From the NCBI GenBank assembly GCA_040754495.1, contig JBFMCO010000015.1, positions 1-35,218 on the forward strand: a stretch of DNA of 35,218 nt. The letters run 5' to 3'. Below are positions 10,242-18,531 of the stretch, piece after piece (the first letter of the stretch is position 1; the number at the start of each line of letters is the position of its first letter). The notes below the pieces were generated by a model. It ran no database searches. It was not told where the DNA came from and saw only the letters and a list, made by a program, of their open reading frames with translations. The DNA comes from Candidatus Micrarchaeota archaeon (GTDB lineage Archaea; Micrarchaeota; Micrarchaeia; Anstonellales; Bilamarchaeaceae). A program made the translations under genes and the position numbers.

Positions 10242-10541
10242 TGCATCGACGAGCGCCGAAGAACGGCAATTGTGAATAGGATTTCACCTAAACTTTATTA
10301 AGGTTGGGGAGATGGATTCGGACCGTTTAAAATTTTTAGGGGCACCGAACTCATTTCGGGTTGTTGGGCTGCAAAAGCAACGCAACTGCGCAGTGTTGGC
10401 AGTTAAAAGTAGGAAAATTGCACGAGCGAGTGGAAGGAGGAATATGCAAGCCCCGGAAACCCCCTTCCCCTGGCAAGACGCCAGCTCGCATCGTGCAGGG
10501 ATACTTCTCACGCTGGGTTTATAATGCTTGTGAATTTTTTT

Positions 10542-11162
10542 TCACTCCTGTATTTCCGCTACGCCGCGGACGCCGTCCCACGTCTTTTTCCACTCCCGGA
10601 TTTCGAGCTTTTTCCTGAAGAAAGGGGCGTCCGCCACGAACGTCTCGCCCTCGCCGCCTTCCAGGAACGGGTGGACGTTAGGTTTTTTCGCTTCTACCAA
10701 CTTCTTCAGGGGCTCGCCTAAGAACTCCGGGCCGAGCCCTTCGGCCGAAACCGCGGTCACGTAAATCTCGAAATATTCGAGCATTTCCTGCAACACTGCG
10801 CTTTTTTCCTTGTGCCAGAGCGGGGCGTACGTAGGGATGCCGAGCTCCTCGCCTATGGAGTCGATGCGCCGCCTCTGGTACTCGCTCGCCACCGCGCCGG
10901 CCACGATGCCCCCGGCACCCAGCATCCGGAACGTTTCGATCAATTTCCCGCGCCAGTCCTCTTCTGTTGTTTCGACGAAGACCTGCGGAAGTCCCATGGC
11001 ATCCGCCTGCCTCTTCGTGGCACCTACATTGGGGTGGTGGAACATCATCGAGTATTCGGGCGGCCTGACCGTGACGAGATGCGGCTCGAACCCGTGCATC
11101 AGAGCCCAGAACGTGGCGAACACTGAGTCCTTGCCTCCTGAAAAAAGGACCGCTACACGCAT
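10542..11162 (-). CDS. dph6: Diphthine--ammonia ligase (Dph6/DUF71 PP-loop ATPase)
   Basis: N-terminal MRVAVLFSGGKDS PP-loop, GAVASEYQ, PLW and GEGETFV motifs. Confidence 0.85.
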   Translation of the reverse strand: MRVAVLFSGGKDSVFATFWALMHGFEPHLVTVRPPEYSMMFHHPNVGATKRQADAMGLPQVFVETTEEDWRGKLIETFRMLGAGGIVAGAVASEYQRRRIDSIGEELGIPTYAPLWHKEKSAVLQEMLEYFEIYVTAVSAEGLGPEFLGEPLKKLVEAKKPNVHPFLEGGEGETFVADAPFFRKKLEIREWKKTWDGVRGVAEIQE

Positions 11163-11195
11163 ACAGTTATAACGTCCGCTCGCCTATAAAAATCC
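11163..11195. promoter_or_regulatory. Back-to-back archaeal TATA boxes for dph6 and the HAD gene (probably leaderless)
   Basis: TTATAA at 11167-11172 lies 23 nt before ATG 11196. TTTTTATA on the minus strand at 11185-11192 lies 22 nt before ATG 11162. Confidence 0.6.
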
Positions 11196-11951
11196 ATGAT
11201 AAAGGCGGTCATATTCGACCTGGACGGCACCCTGTATGTCGGGGATTCCCCGGTTCCGGGCGCGGCAAAGAAGCTTGCAGCGCTCCGCGGGCAGGGGCTG
11301 AAGGTGCTCTTCCTCACGAACGCGGCGATACGGAGCAGGCCCGGGATAGCAAAAAGGCTCGATGGCATGGGGTTCGAGGCGCACAAGGAGGAGGTGTATT
11401 CCAGCGCTTACGTCCTTGCGAGGTACATAAAGGAGAACCACCCCGGGAAAACGGTGTACGTGGTGGGCGAGAGGGGGATGTACGAGGAGCTTGAGGAGCT
11501 GGGCATAAAAGTCGTCGAAGAAGGCGCGGACATAGTCGCGGTCGGCCTTGACCGGGAACTGACCTACGGCAAGATAGCAAAGGCCCTCACCAACATCCTC
11601 GGCGGGGCGGTGCTGATGGCGACCAATCCTGACCCGACCTACCCTACCGAAGAAGGGCCGCGGCCCGGGGCCGGGGCTGTTGTCGCTGCAATCGAGAACG
11701 CCTCCGGAAGGAAGGCGCACGTCATCGGCAAGCCGAATCCCTACACGCTGGAGCTCATCAAAAGCGAGCATGGCCTTTCCAATGAGGAAATCCTCATCGT
11801 CGGGGACAGGCTGGACACGGACATCAAGTTCGCGCGGGACTGCCGGGTGCGGTCCGCGCTGGTGCTCAGCGGCAGCGCGAAAGAAGAGGAGATAAAAGAG
11901 ATAAAGCCGGATTACGTGTTCCGGACTGTGGCCGAGCTCACTCTTCGATGA
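11196..11951 (+). CDS. HAD-superfamily subfamily IIA hydrolase (NagD-like)
   Basis: DLDGTL motif I, LTN, GKP and GDRLDTDI motifs. Confidence 0.9.
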   Translation: MIKAVIFDLDGTLYVGDSPVPGAAKKLAALRGQGLKVLFLTNAAIRSRPGIAKRLDGMGFEAHKEEVYSSAYVLARYIKENHPGKTVYVVGERGMYEELEELGIKVVEEGADIVAVGLDRELTYGKIAKALTNILGGAVLMATNPDPTYPTEEGPRPGAGAVVAAIENASGRKAHVIGKPNPYTLELIKSEHGLSNEEILIVGDRLDTDIKFARDCRVRSALVLSGSAKEEEIKEIKPDYVFRTVAELTLR

Positions 11952-12207
11952 TGTCCCGGAGCGTCTCGCTCTGGATGTCCGGAGTGAAGAGGCTCTCGTC
12001 TATGTTCACGACTCCTGATTCGGCCTGCGATTCGCTTTTCTGCTGCGCCGCCTGCTCGCCCACGATGCTGTAGCTTATCTGGAGCGAGTTGCCGCACCTG
12101 CATTTTCCTGCGAAAAGCAGCTCCCGCACGTCAAGGTCGCTGCTGAGCGTTATGCTGGATTCGTTCCCGCAGTTAGCGCATTTGATGGTCCGTCTAAGGT
12201 CGGTCAT
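11938..12207 (-). CDS. Small putative Zn-ribbon protein with acidic tail (89 aa)
   Basis: CANC...CRC motif; starts 32 nt downstream of the cyclo-ligase stop on the same strand; protein-like composition. Confidence 0.7.
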   Translation of the reverse strand: MTDLRRTIKCANCGNESSITLSSDLDVRELLFAGKCRCGNSLQISYSIVGEQAAQQKSESQAESGVVNIDESLFTPDIQSETLRDIIEE

Positions 12208-12238
12208 CCGATCACCGCCACTCTATCGCATCCCTTAT

Positions 12239-12784
12239 TTATAATGTTATTATGCGCTTCTCTGTTATTATCTCGTCCATGCGCTGGTCGTCCTCGTGAC
12301 TGGGGAGCTTCTCGACGACCTGGAGGTCGTAGCAGACGCCCACCCGGTAGGCGAAGGATGATGCGAGATAGCGGTCGTAATACCCCTTGCCATAGCCGAG
12401 GCGATGCATGCACAATCCGAACGCGACGCCGGGCACCACTATCAGCTCGGGCTCGAGCGGCTCGCGCGAATCCGGCTCCAGGATGCCATATTTCCCGGCC
12501 TTCAGGGACTCGAAAGACGTGAAGCGGCAAAAGGTTATCTTATGGTCCGTATACGGGACCGCGACCGTCTTTCCCATCGCGAGGGTACGTTCTATCATCG
12601 GTCGGGTGTCCACCTCGTTGCCTTTCGGGATATAGAAGCCTATAATTGAGGCCTCTCGGAAGCGCTCGCGCGAGAACAGCTCGACCATTATCGCATCGCT
12701 CATGCGCCTGACGTCCCCGGCAGGGAGGGAATCCCGCTTCCGGAGCATGTCCGTCCTCAGGGCCGCCTTGAGATGCTGTACCAT
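12239..12784 (-). CDS. 5-formyltetrahydrofolate cyclo-ligase
   Basis: NEVDT, IVVPGVAF, RLGYGKGYYDR and HD-x-x-MD motifs of the YgfA/MTHFS family. Confidence 0.9.
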   Translation of the reverse strand: MVQHLKAALRTDMLRKRDSLPAGDVRRMSDAIMVELFSRERFREASIIGFYIPKGNEVDTRPMIERTLAMGKTVAVPYTDHKITFCRFTSFESLKAGKYGILEPDSREPLEPELIVVPGVAFGLCMHRLGYGKGYYDRYLASSFAYRVGVCYDLQVVEKLPSHEDDQRMDEIITEKRIITL

Positions 12785-12836
12785 CGGGCATAATCAGGCT
12801 GGAACTGTTAAAAAAGGTTGGATGCGTGATTCGGCC

Positions 12837-13397
12837 ATGGAAGCGCTGGTCAGGTACATATTCGAGGCTGGGATGCTGAAAAAGGTGAAGAGGAGCGGCT
12901 GGTGGAGCGAGAAGGTGGATGACCCGGAGAGCGTGGCCGAGCACACCTTCAGGACGGCGGTCATCGCGTTCGCGCTTGCCAGGATGGAAGGGCTGGATGC
13001 GGGGGCGGCGAACCGGCTCTGCACGGCTGCAGTCTTCCATGACATGCACGAGACAAGGCTGCTGGACCTGAACAAGATAACGGCAAGGTATATTACAGTC
13101 GACAAGGAGCTTGAGGGCAGGGTGGAGAAGGAGCAGGTGCAGGGGATGGAGCCGGAACTCCAAAATGCCATACTCGGAGCGCTCGCCCTCTCCGGCAGGG
13201 AAGCGGTCGTGCTCAAGGACGCGGATTACCTTGAGTGCGCAATCCAGGCGAAGGAATACGCGGATATCGGGCACAAGACAGAGGGCTGGCTTGACAATAT
13301 CGAGAAGAAGGTGCAGACGGAAAGCGCGAAAACGATGATTGCGCTTCTGAAAAAGAGCGACTCGAAGGAGTGGCTGAAAGGGCTGAAAAGGCTTTGA
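12837..13397 (+). CDS. HD-domain hydrolase (YfbR/HDDC2-like 5'-deoxynucleotidase)
   Basis: LKKVKRSGW, ESVAEHTFR, HDMHE and DADYLE motifs. Start placed at ATG 12837, 21 nt after TTAAAAAA; 12822 is an alternative. Confidence 0.85.
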   Translation: MEALVRYIFEAGMLKKVKRSGWWSEKVDDPESVAEHTFRTAVIAFALARMEGLDAGAANRLCTAAVFHDMHETRLLDLNKITARYITVDKELEGRVEKEQVQGMEPELQNAILGALALSGREAVVLKDADYLECAIQAKEYADIGHKTEGWLDNIEKKVQTESAKTMIALLKKSDSKEWLKGLKRL

Positions 13398-13406
13398 GGT
13401 GGATAA

Positions 13407-13904
13407 GTGTTCGATGCAGTGAAATCATCCATAGGACTATTGCTGGTGCAAAAAAGGATATTCGCGGGTTCTCTGCTGATGATGAAGGTTGCGATGATTG
13501 CATTTATCGCAACCAAGTACGAATACTTCTTTAGTTTCGATTCCTCCGCAATATTCGCGCCTTTAATTTTCGATGGGATTGGGATCTTCCTTATTTCATT
13601 ATACTTTGCCGGAAAAAAGGCATTGAGCATCAAGCAGGGAGCCGCGCTTGGCTGGAGTGTCGGAATGGTTTCGGCGCTGGTCGACACCGCCTTGTTGCTG
13701 CTTTTTGTTTTATACTTTTTGACTTTGAGCTGGGACACTAGAGGCCAGACGCCTGATCCCGATGTGGGTTTCGTGACCCTGCAGATTTTACTTATTGCAT
13801 TTGTATTGCTTATCTTAGGAAGATTGGCCAGTGGTCTTTTCATTGGCATCATCCCGGGAATCCTTGGAAGCGCTATGGGAGGCATGCTGGGCAAAAACAA
13901 GTAA
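13407..13904 (+). CDS. Hypothetical multi-pass membrane protein
   Basis: About 4-5 hydrophobic segments; GTG start just after the HD gene; lower GC than neighbours. Confidence 0.65.
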   Translation: MFDAVKSSIGLLLVQKRIFAGSLLMMKVAMIAFIATKYEYFFSFDSSAIFAPLIFDGIGIFLISLYFAGKKALSIKQGAALGWSVGMVSALVDTALLLLFVLYFLTLSWDTRGQTPDPDVGFVTLQILLIAFVLLILGRLASGLFIGIIPGILGSAMGGMLGKNK

Positions 13905-13906
13905 CC

Positions 13907-14563
13907 TTATTCCCATCCTCCCTTCCCGACTAGCGGGACGAAGCACACCGGGAGGAAGCTTTCTGATTTGCCGGTTTTGTTGTCGTATAGGACCAGGTCC
14001 TGGGAATGGTAGCCGCCCACAGGGGCAACCAGTTTCCCGTCTCCTGCAAGCTGGGCTAAAAGCGGATGGCCCAGGTCCAAAGACGGCATGCCGGCGGTGA
14101 CCAGTATGCGGTCGTACGGCGCGCCCTCTGAATAACCCTCGCTTCCATCGCCTACAACGATGGTCATGTTGGTTTTGGGTTTTGGTAGTTTCGAGAGGTT
14201 GGATTCAGCTAAGGCCGCGAGCTCCGGAATCAGCTCCATCGTGATGACTCTGCCCTTCCTTCCCACCAGTTCCGAGAGCAAGGCTGCGGCGTATCCGCTC
14301 CCGGTGCCTATCTCCAGGACCTTCATCCCCGGGCGGACGTCAAGATGGGAGAGCATGCTCGCGACTACATCGGCCGCGGTTATCACCTGGCCGGAGCCTA
14401 GGGGGAAGGCCTGGTCCGGAGAGTATGCCTGGTCCTGGTATGCCCGTGGAACGAAAAGCGCCCTGTCGATTTTCAGCATCGCCCTGGCGACCCGCTCATC
14501 AGTGAGGTAAGCAGTATAGCGAAGATACCGGACCATCGCCAAAAGGCCTTTTGCTGCCGACAT
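13907..14563 (-). CDS. pcm: Protein-L-isoaspartate O-methyltransferase
   Basis: VLEIGTGSGY SAM motif, APYDRILVTAG, C-terminal FVPLV. Confidence 0.92.
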   Translation of the reverse strand: MSAAKGLLAMVRYLRYTAYLTDERVARAMLKIDRALFVPRAYQDQAYSPDQAFPLGSGQVITAADVVASMLSHLDVRPGMKVLEIGTGSGYAAALLSELVGRKGRVITMELIPELAALAESNLSKLPKPKTNMTIVVGDGSEGYSEGAPYDRILVTAGMPSLDLGHPLLAQLAGDGKLVAPVGGYHSQDLVLYDNKTGKSESFLPVCFVPLVGKGGWE

Positions 14564-15208
14564 TCACTTCAGCTTCCTTATTATGTTCGCCCTGCCCCTC
14601 TTGAACTTGCGGACATGGCCGGTCTGCTCGAGTTCCGTGAGGATGAGGCTGAGCTTTGCATCCGAGAACTTCAGCGTCTCCTTTATTTCCTTCTGCGTTG
14701 CCCGCCCCTCCATCCCATCCAGGACGCGCAGCACTGATTTCGCATCTTCGTCCAGTTCGAATTTTTGCTCCGCCACCGGCTCTTGCGATGCCCGTTCCGG
14801 CTTGCGGCCATTTTCCTGCCCTGCGGCTTTGCCCCAGCGCCTGCTGGACCACAGGAATATTACGGCTATTGCGCAAAGCGCGAGCAGGAAGAGCGCGTAT
14901 TCCGCGCGCAATGCCGGCCTGAGAACCAGGTCCACCCGCTGGTCCTCCGGTCCGACGCTCACCTTCTCCAGCGAGCGAAGCTCGCCAGCGCCGGAATCCG
15001 ACGAGCTCGCGGAGATGGCATAATCGCCTTCCGGAAGGAATATTGAGTAGTTCGCCTTGTCTGTGACGAGCTGGTAAGTGAACCTGCCTTCGATGCGGAT
15101 TGCGGTCCGGTTGAGTTTCTGCAGGTCCTGCTGGTAGATGTCGCCATATACATAGGCTGCGCTCGCCATGCCGATGAGCGCGAGAAGAAGGAGCGCGTTT
15201 TTCCGCAT
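14564..15208 (-). CDS. Membrane-anchored winged-HTH regulator (signal peptide + extracellular beta domain + TM + cytoplasmic wHTH; COG2512-like)
   Basis: MRKNALLLLALIGMASA signal, a central TM, and C-terminal ATQKEI...FSDAKLSLILTELE...KRGRANII wHTH. Its stop TGA directly abuts the pcm ATG. Confidence 0.8.
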   Translation of the reverse strand: MRKNALLLLALIGMASAAYVYGDIYQQDLQKLNRTAIRIEGRFTYQLVTDKANYSIFLPEGDYAISASSSDSGAGELRSLEKVSVGPEDQRVDLVLRPALRAEYALFLLALCAIAVIFLWSSRRWGKAAGQENGRKPERASQEPVAEQKFELDEDAKSVLRVLDGMEGRATQKEIKETLKFSDAKLSLILTELEQTGHVRKFKRGRANIIRKLK

Positions 15209-15310
15209 ACGCCGTAATCGGCTTTCCTGATTTATAAAGATATTTTAGCGGAAGCTTTCGCGAAAAATTCCATTAAAAGAAAGGATTTCAGCGCAATAGC
15301 GGTGATTGGA

Positions 15311-16141
15311 ATGGATTTCAGGATATTGGCGATGCTCGCCCTGATGGCGGCTGCGATATTGGGAGTGGCAGGGACGACTACCCGGGCCTACCCGCCCGTA
15401 AATGGTGCGGGCAACCTCACTCAGCCGGACGAAACTGCTATCGGTGGGGAAGTGACCTATTATTACTCGACAGTGACTATGAGCAGCTTCGCATCGGAGA
15501 GCGTGAAGCCGGATACCGCCAGCTTCGTAGTTACCATAAAGACATTCGATGAGAATTCGAAGGCCGAATCCTCAAGGCACAACGCGGAATCAGCGAAAAA
15601 GGTGAAGGATGCGCTCGCTGCGAATGGTTTGGATAAAAGCGACATGGCGACGTCAACTTATTACGTGACCGAGAAATACAACAGTACCTACGATTATGGC
15701 TATTACAATGGCGACGTATTGACGGGATATGAGACGACACACGAGATATTGGTGAAAACGGACAAACTCGACAGCCTGGGCAGGTTTTTCGATACAGCCC
15801 TGCAGAACGGGGCGAGCGATGTTGGAGACGTGCGCTGGTCCCTTAAGGAGGATACGGTTCTGGAGCTCCAGAAAAGGCTCTCGAAGGAAGCGATGGAGAA
15901 CGTGAATGAGAAGGTCATCTACGCGTTCCCGGAGGCCGAAGAGTACGACCTCAACAGCGTGGAGGAATCCCTTGCTTATAGCACCTGGAACTACTATCCA
16001 GGCTACACTTTCGGTGCATCGTGGTACGGCTTCACCGATGGGGATGAGCTGACCGAGGTGGAGATTCCGGACATCGAGATTAAAGTAGATATGGTCGCAC
16101 AATATATAGTGCGGGATTTCGATGCGGCTGAGGCGTGGTGA
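15311..16141 (+). CDS. Secreted SIMPL (DUF541) domain protein
   Basis: GGTGAT SD at 15301-15306 then ATG 15311; signal peptide; VKPDTASF, NAESAKKVKDAL, ALQNGASDV family-like segments. Confidence 0.8.
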   Translation: MDFRILAMLALMAAAILGVAGTTTRAYPPVNGAGNLTQPDETAIGGEVTYYYSTVTMSSFASESVKPDTASFVVTIKTFDENSKAESSRHNAESAKKVKDALAANGLDKSDMATSTYYVTEKYNSTYDYGYYNGDVLTGYETTHEILVKTDKLDSLGRFFDTALQNGASDVGDVRWSLKEDTVLELQKRLSKEAMENVNEKVIYAFPEAEEYDLNSVEESLAYSTWNYYPGYTFGASWYGFTDGDELTEVEIPDIEIKVDMVAQYIVRDFDAAEAW

Positions 16142-16145
16142 GACT

Positions 16146-16814
16146 ATGAGGATTCTGCTATTCGGGATTTTCGCGGCCTTGCTCCTCTCCGGTTGCATCA
16201 TCCCGGAACAGCCAGCGGGGGAGCGCGGGGAGATAGAGAAGGAGCTGGTCGCAAGCCCTCCGGTCCAGCAGGAGGGGCTGATAATCGCCGGCGGGGACGG
16301 GAAGCTCTCGGTCGTCACAATCAAGGCGGCGAACGCGAGCGGCAGGTGGCAGTTCCCGCTCGAGAACCGCACGGACGAGTTCGCCTGGGCAGGGCTCGAG
16401 AGCGACGCGTACATAGAATTGAACCGGACGCACATCGCCTGGCTCGGAGACGGCGAGTCGATATGGCTCACGCCCATGATAAGGAAGGGCGACAAGGCCG
16501 TGCTCTTCAACGCGGTATACGTAAACGAGCCCGGGGATTGCGGGGCGGCTCCGCTCACCATGCTGGGCAGGGAGTATGCCGCGGCGGGACTGCAGGATGG
16601 CTCCAGCTTCGAAAACGACGACAAATGGAAGGTGGCGGTGGATTCCAGCGCCGGCTGCGTCAAAAAGGTGGCCATCTACATGGACGGCTACTTCTCGGAC
16701 CTCGGAGACGGCGACCAGATTCCGCTGTTCAGGAACGACAATACGGTGCTGTTCGCCTTCGAAGGACTTGGGGACGAGCCGCAGGCGAGGCTGATAGCGA
16801 CGCGGCCGGCCTGA
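16146..16814 (+). CDS. Predicted lipoprotein of unknown function (weak resemblance to S-layer-protein segments)
   Basis: MRILLFGIFAALLLSGC lipobox. The LTMLGREY segment recalls the 'I-x-(L/F)LGKEY' stretch of euryarchaeal S-layer proteins (from memory, weak). Confidence 0.7.
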   Translation: MRILLFGIFAALLLSGCIIPEQPAGERGEIEKELVASPPVQQEGLIIAGGDGKLSVVTIKAANASGRWQFPLENRTDEFAWAGLESDAYIELNRTHIAWLGDGESIWLTPMIRKGDKAVLFNAVYVNEPGDCGAAPLTMLGREYAAAGLQDGSSFENDDKWKVAVDSSAGCVKKVAIYMDGYFSDLGDGDQIPLFRNDNTVLFAFEGLGDEPQARLIATRPA

Positions 16815-16866
16815 AGGTCTTTCTGAGGGTATATTTATTTAAATATTTTCATGCACGAAATAATAC

Positions 16867-17076
16867 ATGAAAACAATCACCATAGACGATGAGATATACC
16901 GCAAGCTTGCAGAAGCCAAAGCGACCCTGGGGGTGCGCAGCTTCAGCGAAGCGCTGAAGAAAATACTCAGCGAAGACCGCGTGAAATGGGTCTACAGGCT
17001 GGGGGGCAAGGTGGAGATAGACGAGGCCAGGGTGAAGAGGCTTCAGGGGGGCTGGAAAGCATGGCATATAAGGTAA
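16867..17076 (+). CDS. vapB: VapB-type antitoxin (DUF217-like ribbon-helix-helix)
   Basis: MKTITIDDEIYRKL...SFSEAL pattern; overlaps a downstream PIN gene; TTTAAATA at 16838-16845. Confidence 0.8.
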   Translation: MKTITIDDEIYRKLAEAKATLGVRSFSEALKKILSEDRVKWVYRLGGKVEIDEARVKRLQGGWKAWHIR

Positions 17077-17438
17077 TCCTGGACACTTCGGCAGCTATAG
17101 AACTGCTCAAAAGGAACGACAGGAAGGTCCTTGAGCAGATAGAGAAGGAAAAGCCCGATGAGGTGCTCATAAGCGGCGTCACGAGATTCGAGCTGGAAGT
17201 GGGAAGCGACGATGACGAAAGGATAGGTGACATTCCTTGCGTTTCCCTCGGATGCGAAGCGTTCGCATTGGCCGGCAGGATATATTCCGGTCTTGGCTCG
17301 AAAGGGCGGATGCCGAGCATCAAGGATTGCTTTATAGCAGCGTGCGCGATAATTGAGGAGGGAACCCTGATAACGTATGACCGTGATTTCGAGGCTTTTT
17401 CCGAGTACGGACTCGATGCGAGAATCCTGAAAAAGTGA
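17061..17438 (+). CDS. vapC: VapC-type PIN-domain ribonuclease toxin
   Basis: VILDTS, E(L)E, DCFIAA and TYDRDF acidic PIN motifs; ATG 17061 overlaps the antitoxin end. Confidence 0.88.
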   Translation: MAYKVILDTSAAIELLKRNDRKVLEQIEKEKPDEVLISGVTRFELEVGSDDDERIGDIPCVSLGCEAFALAGRIYSGLGSKGRMPSIKDCFIAACAIIEEGTLITYDRDFEAFSEYGLDARILKK

Positions 17439-17445
17439 TAAAAAA

Positions 17446-18522
17446 ATGGGCATCCAGGAGAAGCTGAAAGAGCTTGAAGACGAATTGGCCCGGACGCAGA
17501 AGAACAAGGCCACCGAGTATCACATCGGAATACTCAAGTCCAAGATAGCGCAGCTCCGGCGCGAGCTGATTTCTCCGAAAAAGCACGGAGCGAGCGCGGG
17601 CGGCTTCGACGTCAGGAAGAGCGGGGACGCGACCGTCGCCATGATAGGGCTGCCGAGCGTGGGCAAGAGCACCCTGCTCAACAAAATCACCAATGCTGAG
17701 TCCAAGACCGCTGCTTATGCCTTCACCACCCTCAAGTGCATACCCGGGATAATGGATTATAAGAACACGAAAATCCAGGTGCTTGACCTTCCGGGAATCA
17801 TAGAGGGCGCGAAGGACGGCCGGGGACGGGGGCGCGAGGTGATTGCAGTCGCGAGGGGTGCGGACCTGATACTCGTCCTCATCGAGGCCGCGAACCCGAA
17901 GCAGGCGAGGGTCATAGAGAGCGAGCTCTACGGATTCGGCATAAGGGTGAATTCCGAGCGGCCGGCCGTGTCGATATCGAAACAGCTTCGCGGCGGCGTC
18001 ACCATAAACTCGACCGTCCATCTCACTAAAGTAACCCACAGGGAGATTCTCGCCGTGCTCAACCAGTACAGCATCTTCAACGCCATCGTGGTGCTGCACA
18101 AGGACATAACGATTGACGAATTCATAGACGCGCTGGAGGGGAACCGGGCGTACATCCCTGCCGTATACGTGCTCACAAAGGCTGACCTTGTCCGGGAGAG
18201 GCCGAAGCTCCCGTACCAGTACGTAGCGATTTCGGCCGAGAGCGGCTCAGGCATAGACGAGCTCAAGAGGGAGATTTACGACAAGCTCGCGCTCATACAC
18301 GTATTTACCAAGAAGCGCGGGGAGGCGGCCGACCTTGAGGAGCCCCTCGTGGTCCGCAGGGGGATAACGATGGGCGAGGTGTGCGAGAAGCTCCACCGCG
18401 ACCTCAGGAAGGAGTTCCGCTACGCCCTCGTGTGGGGCAAAAGCGTGAAGCACCAGCCGCAGAGGGTGGGGCTCGAGCACGTGCTCGCGGATGGCGACAT
18501 AGTGCAGATAATAAAAAGATAA
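17446..18522 (+). CDS. drg: DRG/OBG-family ribosome-associated GTPase with TGS domain
   Basis: TQKNKATEYH, GLPSVGKS (G1), YAFTT (G2), DLPG (G3), TKAD (G4), VGLEHVLADGDIVQI. Confidence 0.93.
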   Translation: MGIQEKLKELEDELARTQKNKATEYHIGILKSKIAQLRRELISPKKHGASAGGFDVRKSGDATVAMIGLPSVGKSTLLNKITNAESKTAAYAFTTLKCIPGIMDYKNTKIQVLDLPGIIEGAKDGRGRGREVIAVARGADLILVLIEAANPKQARVIESELYGFGIRVNSERPAVSISKQLRGGVTINSTVHLTKVTHREILAVLNQYSIFNAIVVLHKDITIDEFIDALEGNRAYIPAVYVLTKADLVRERPKLPYQYVAISAESGSGIDELKREIYDKLALIHVFTKKRGEAADLEEPLVVRRGITMGEVCEKLHRDLRKEFRYALVWGKSVKHQPQRVGLEHVLADGDIVQIIKR

Positions 18523-18531
18523 CTGCCCGGC

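Noticed and set aside
481-10287. Many Val-rich plus-strand ORFs and Arg/Gln/His-rich minus-strand ORFs (e.g. 7114-8052, 9553-10287)
   Set aside because: These are antisense or off-frame shadows of the Asn-rich giant gene; their composition follows from AAC/GTT codon repeats.
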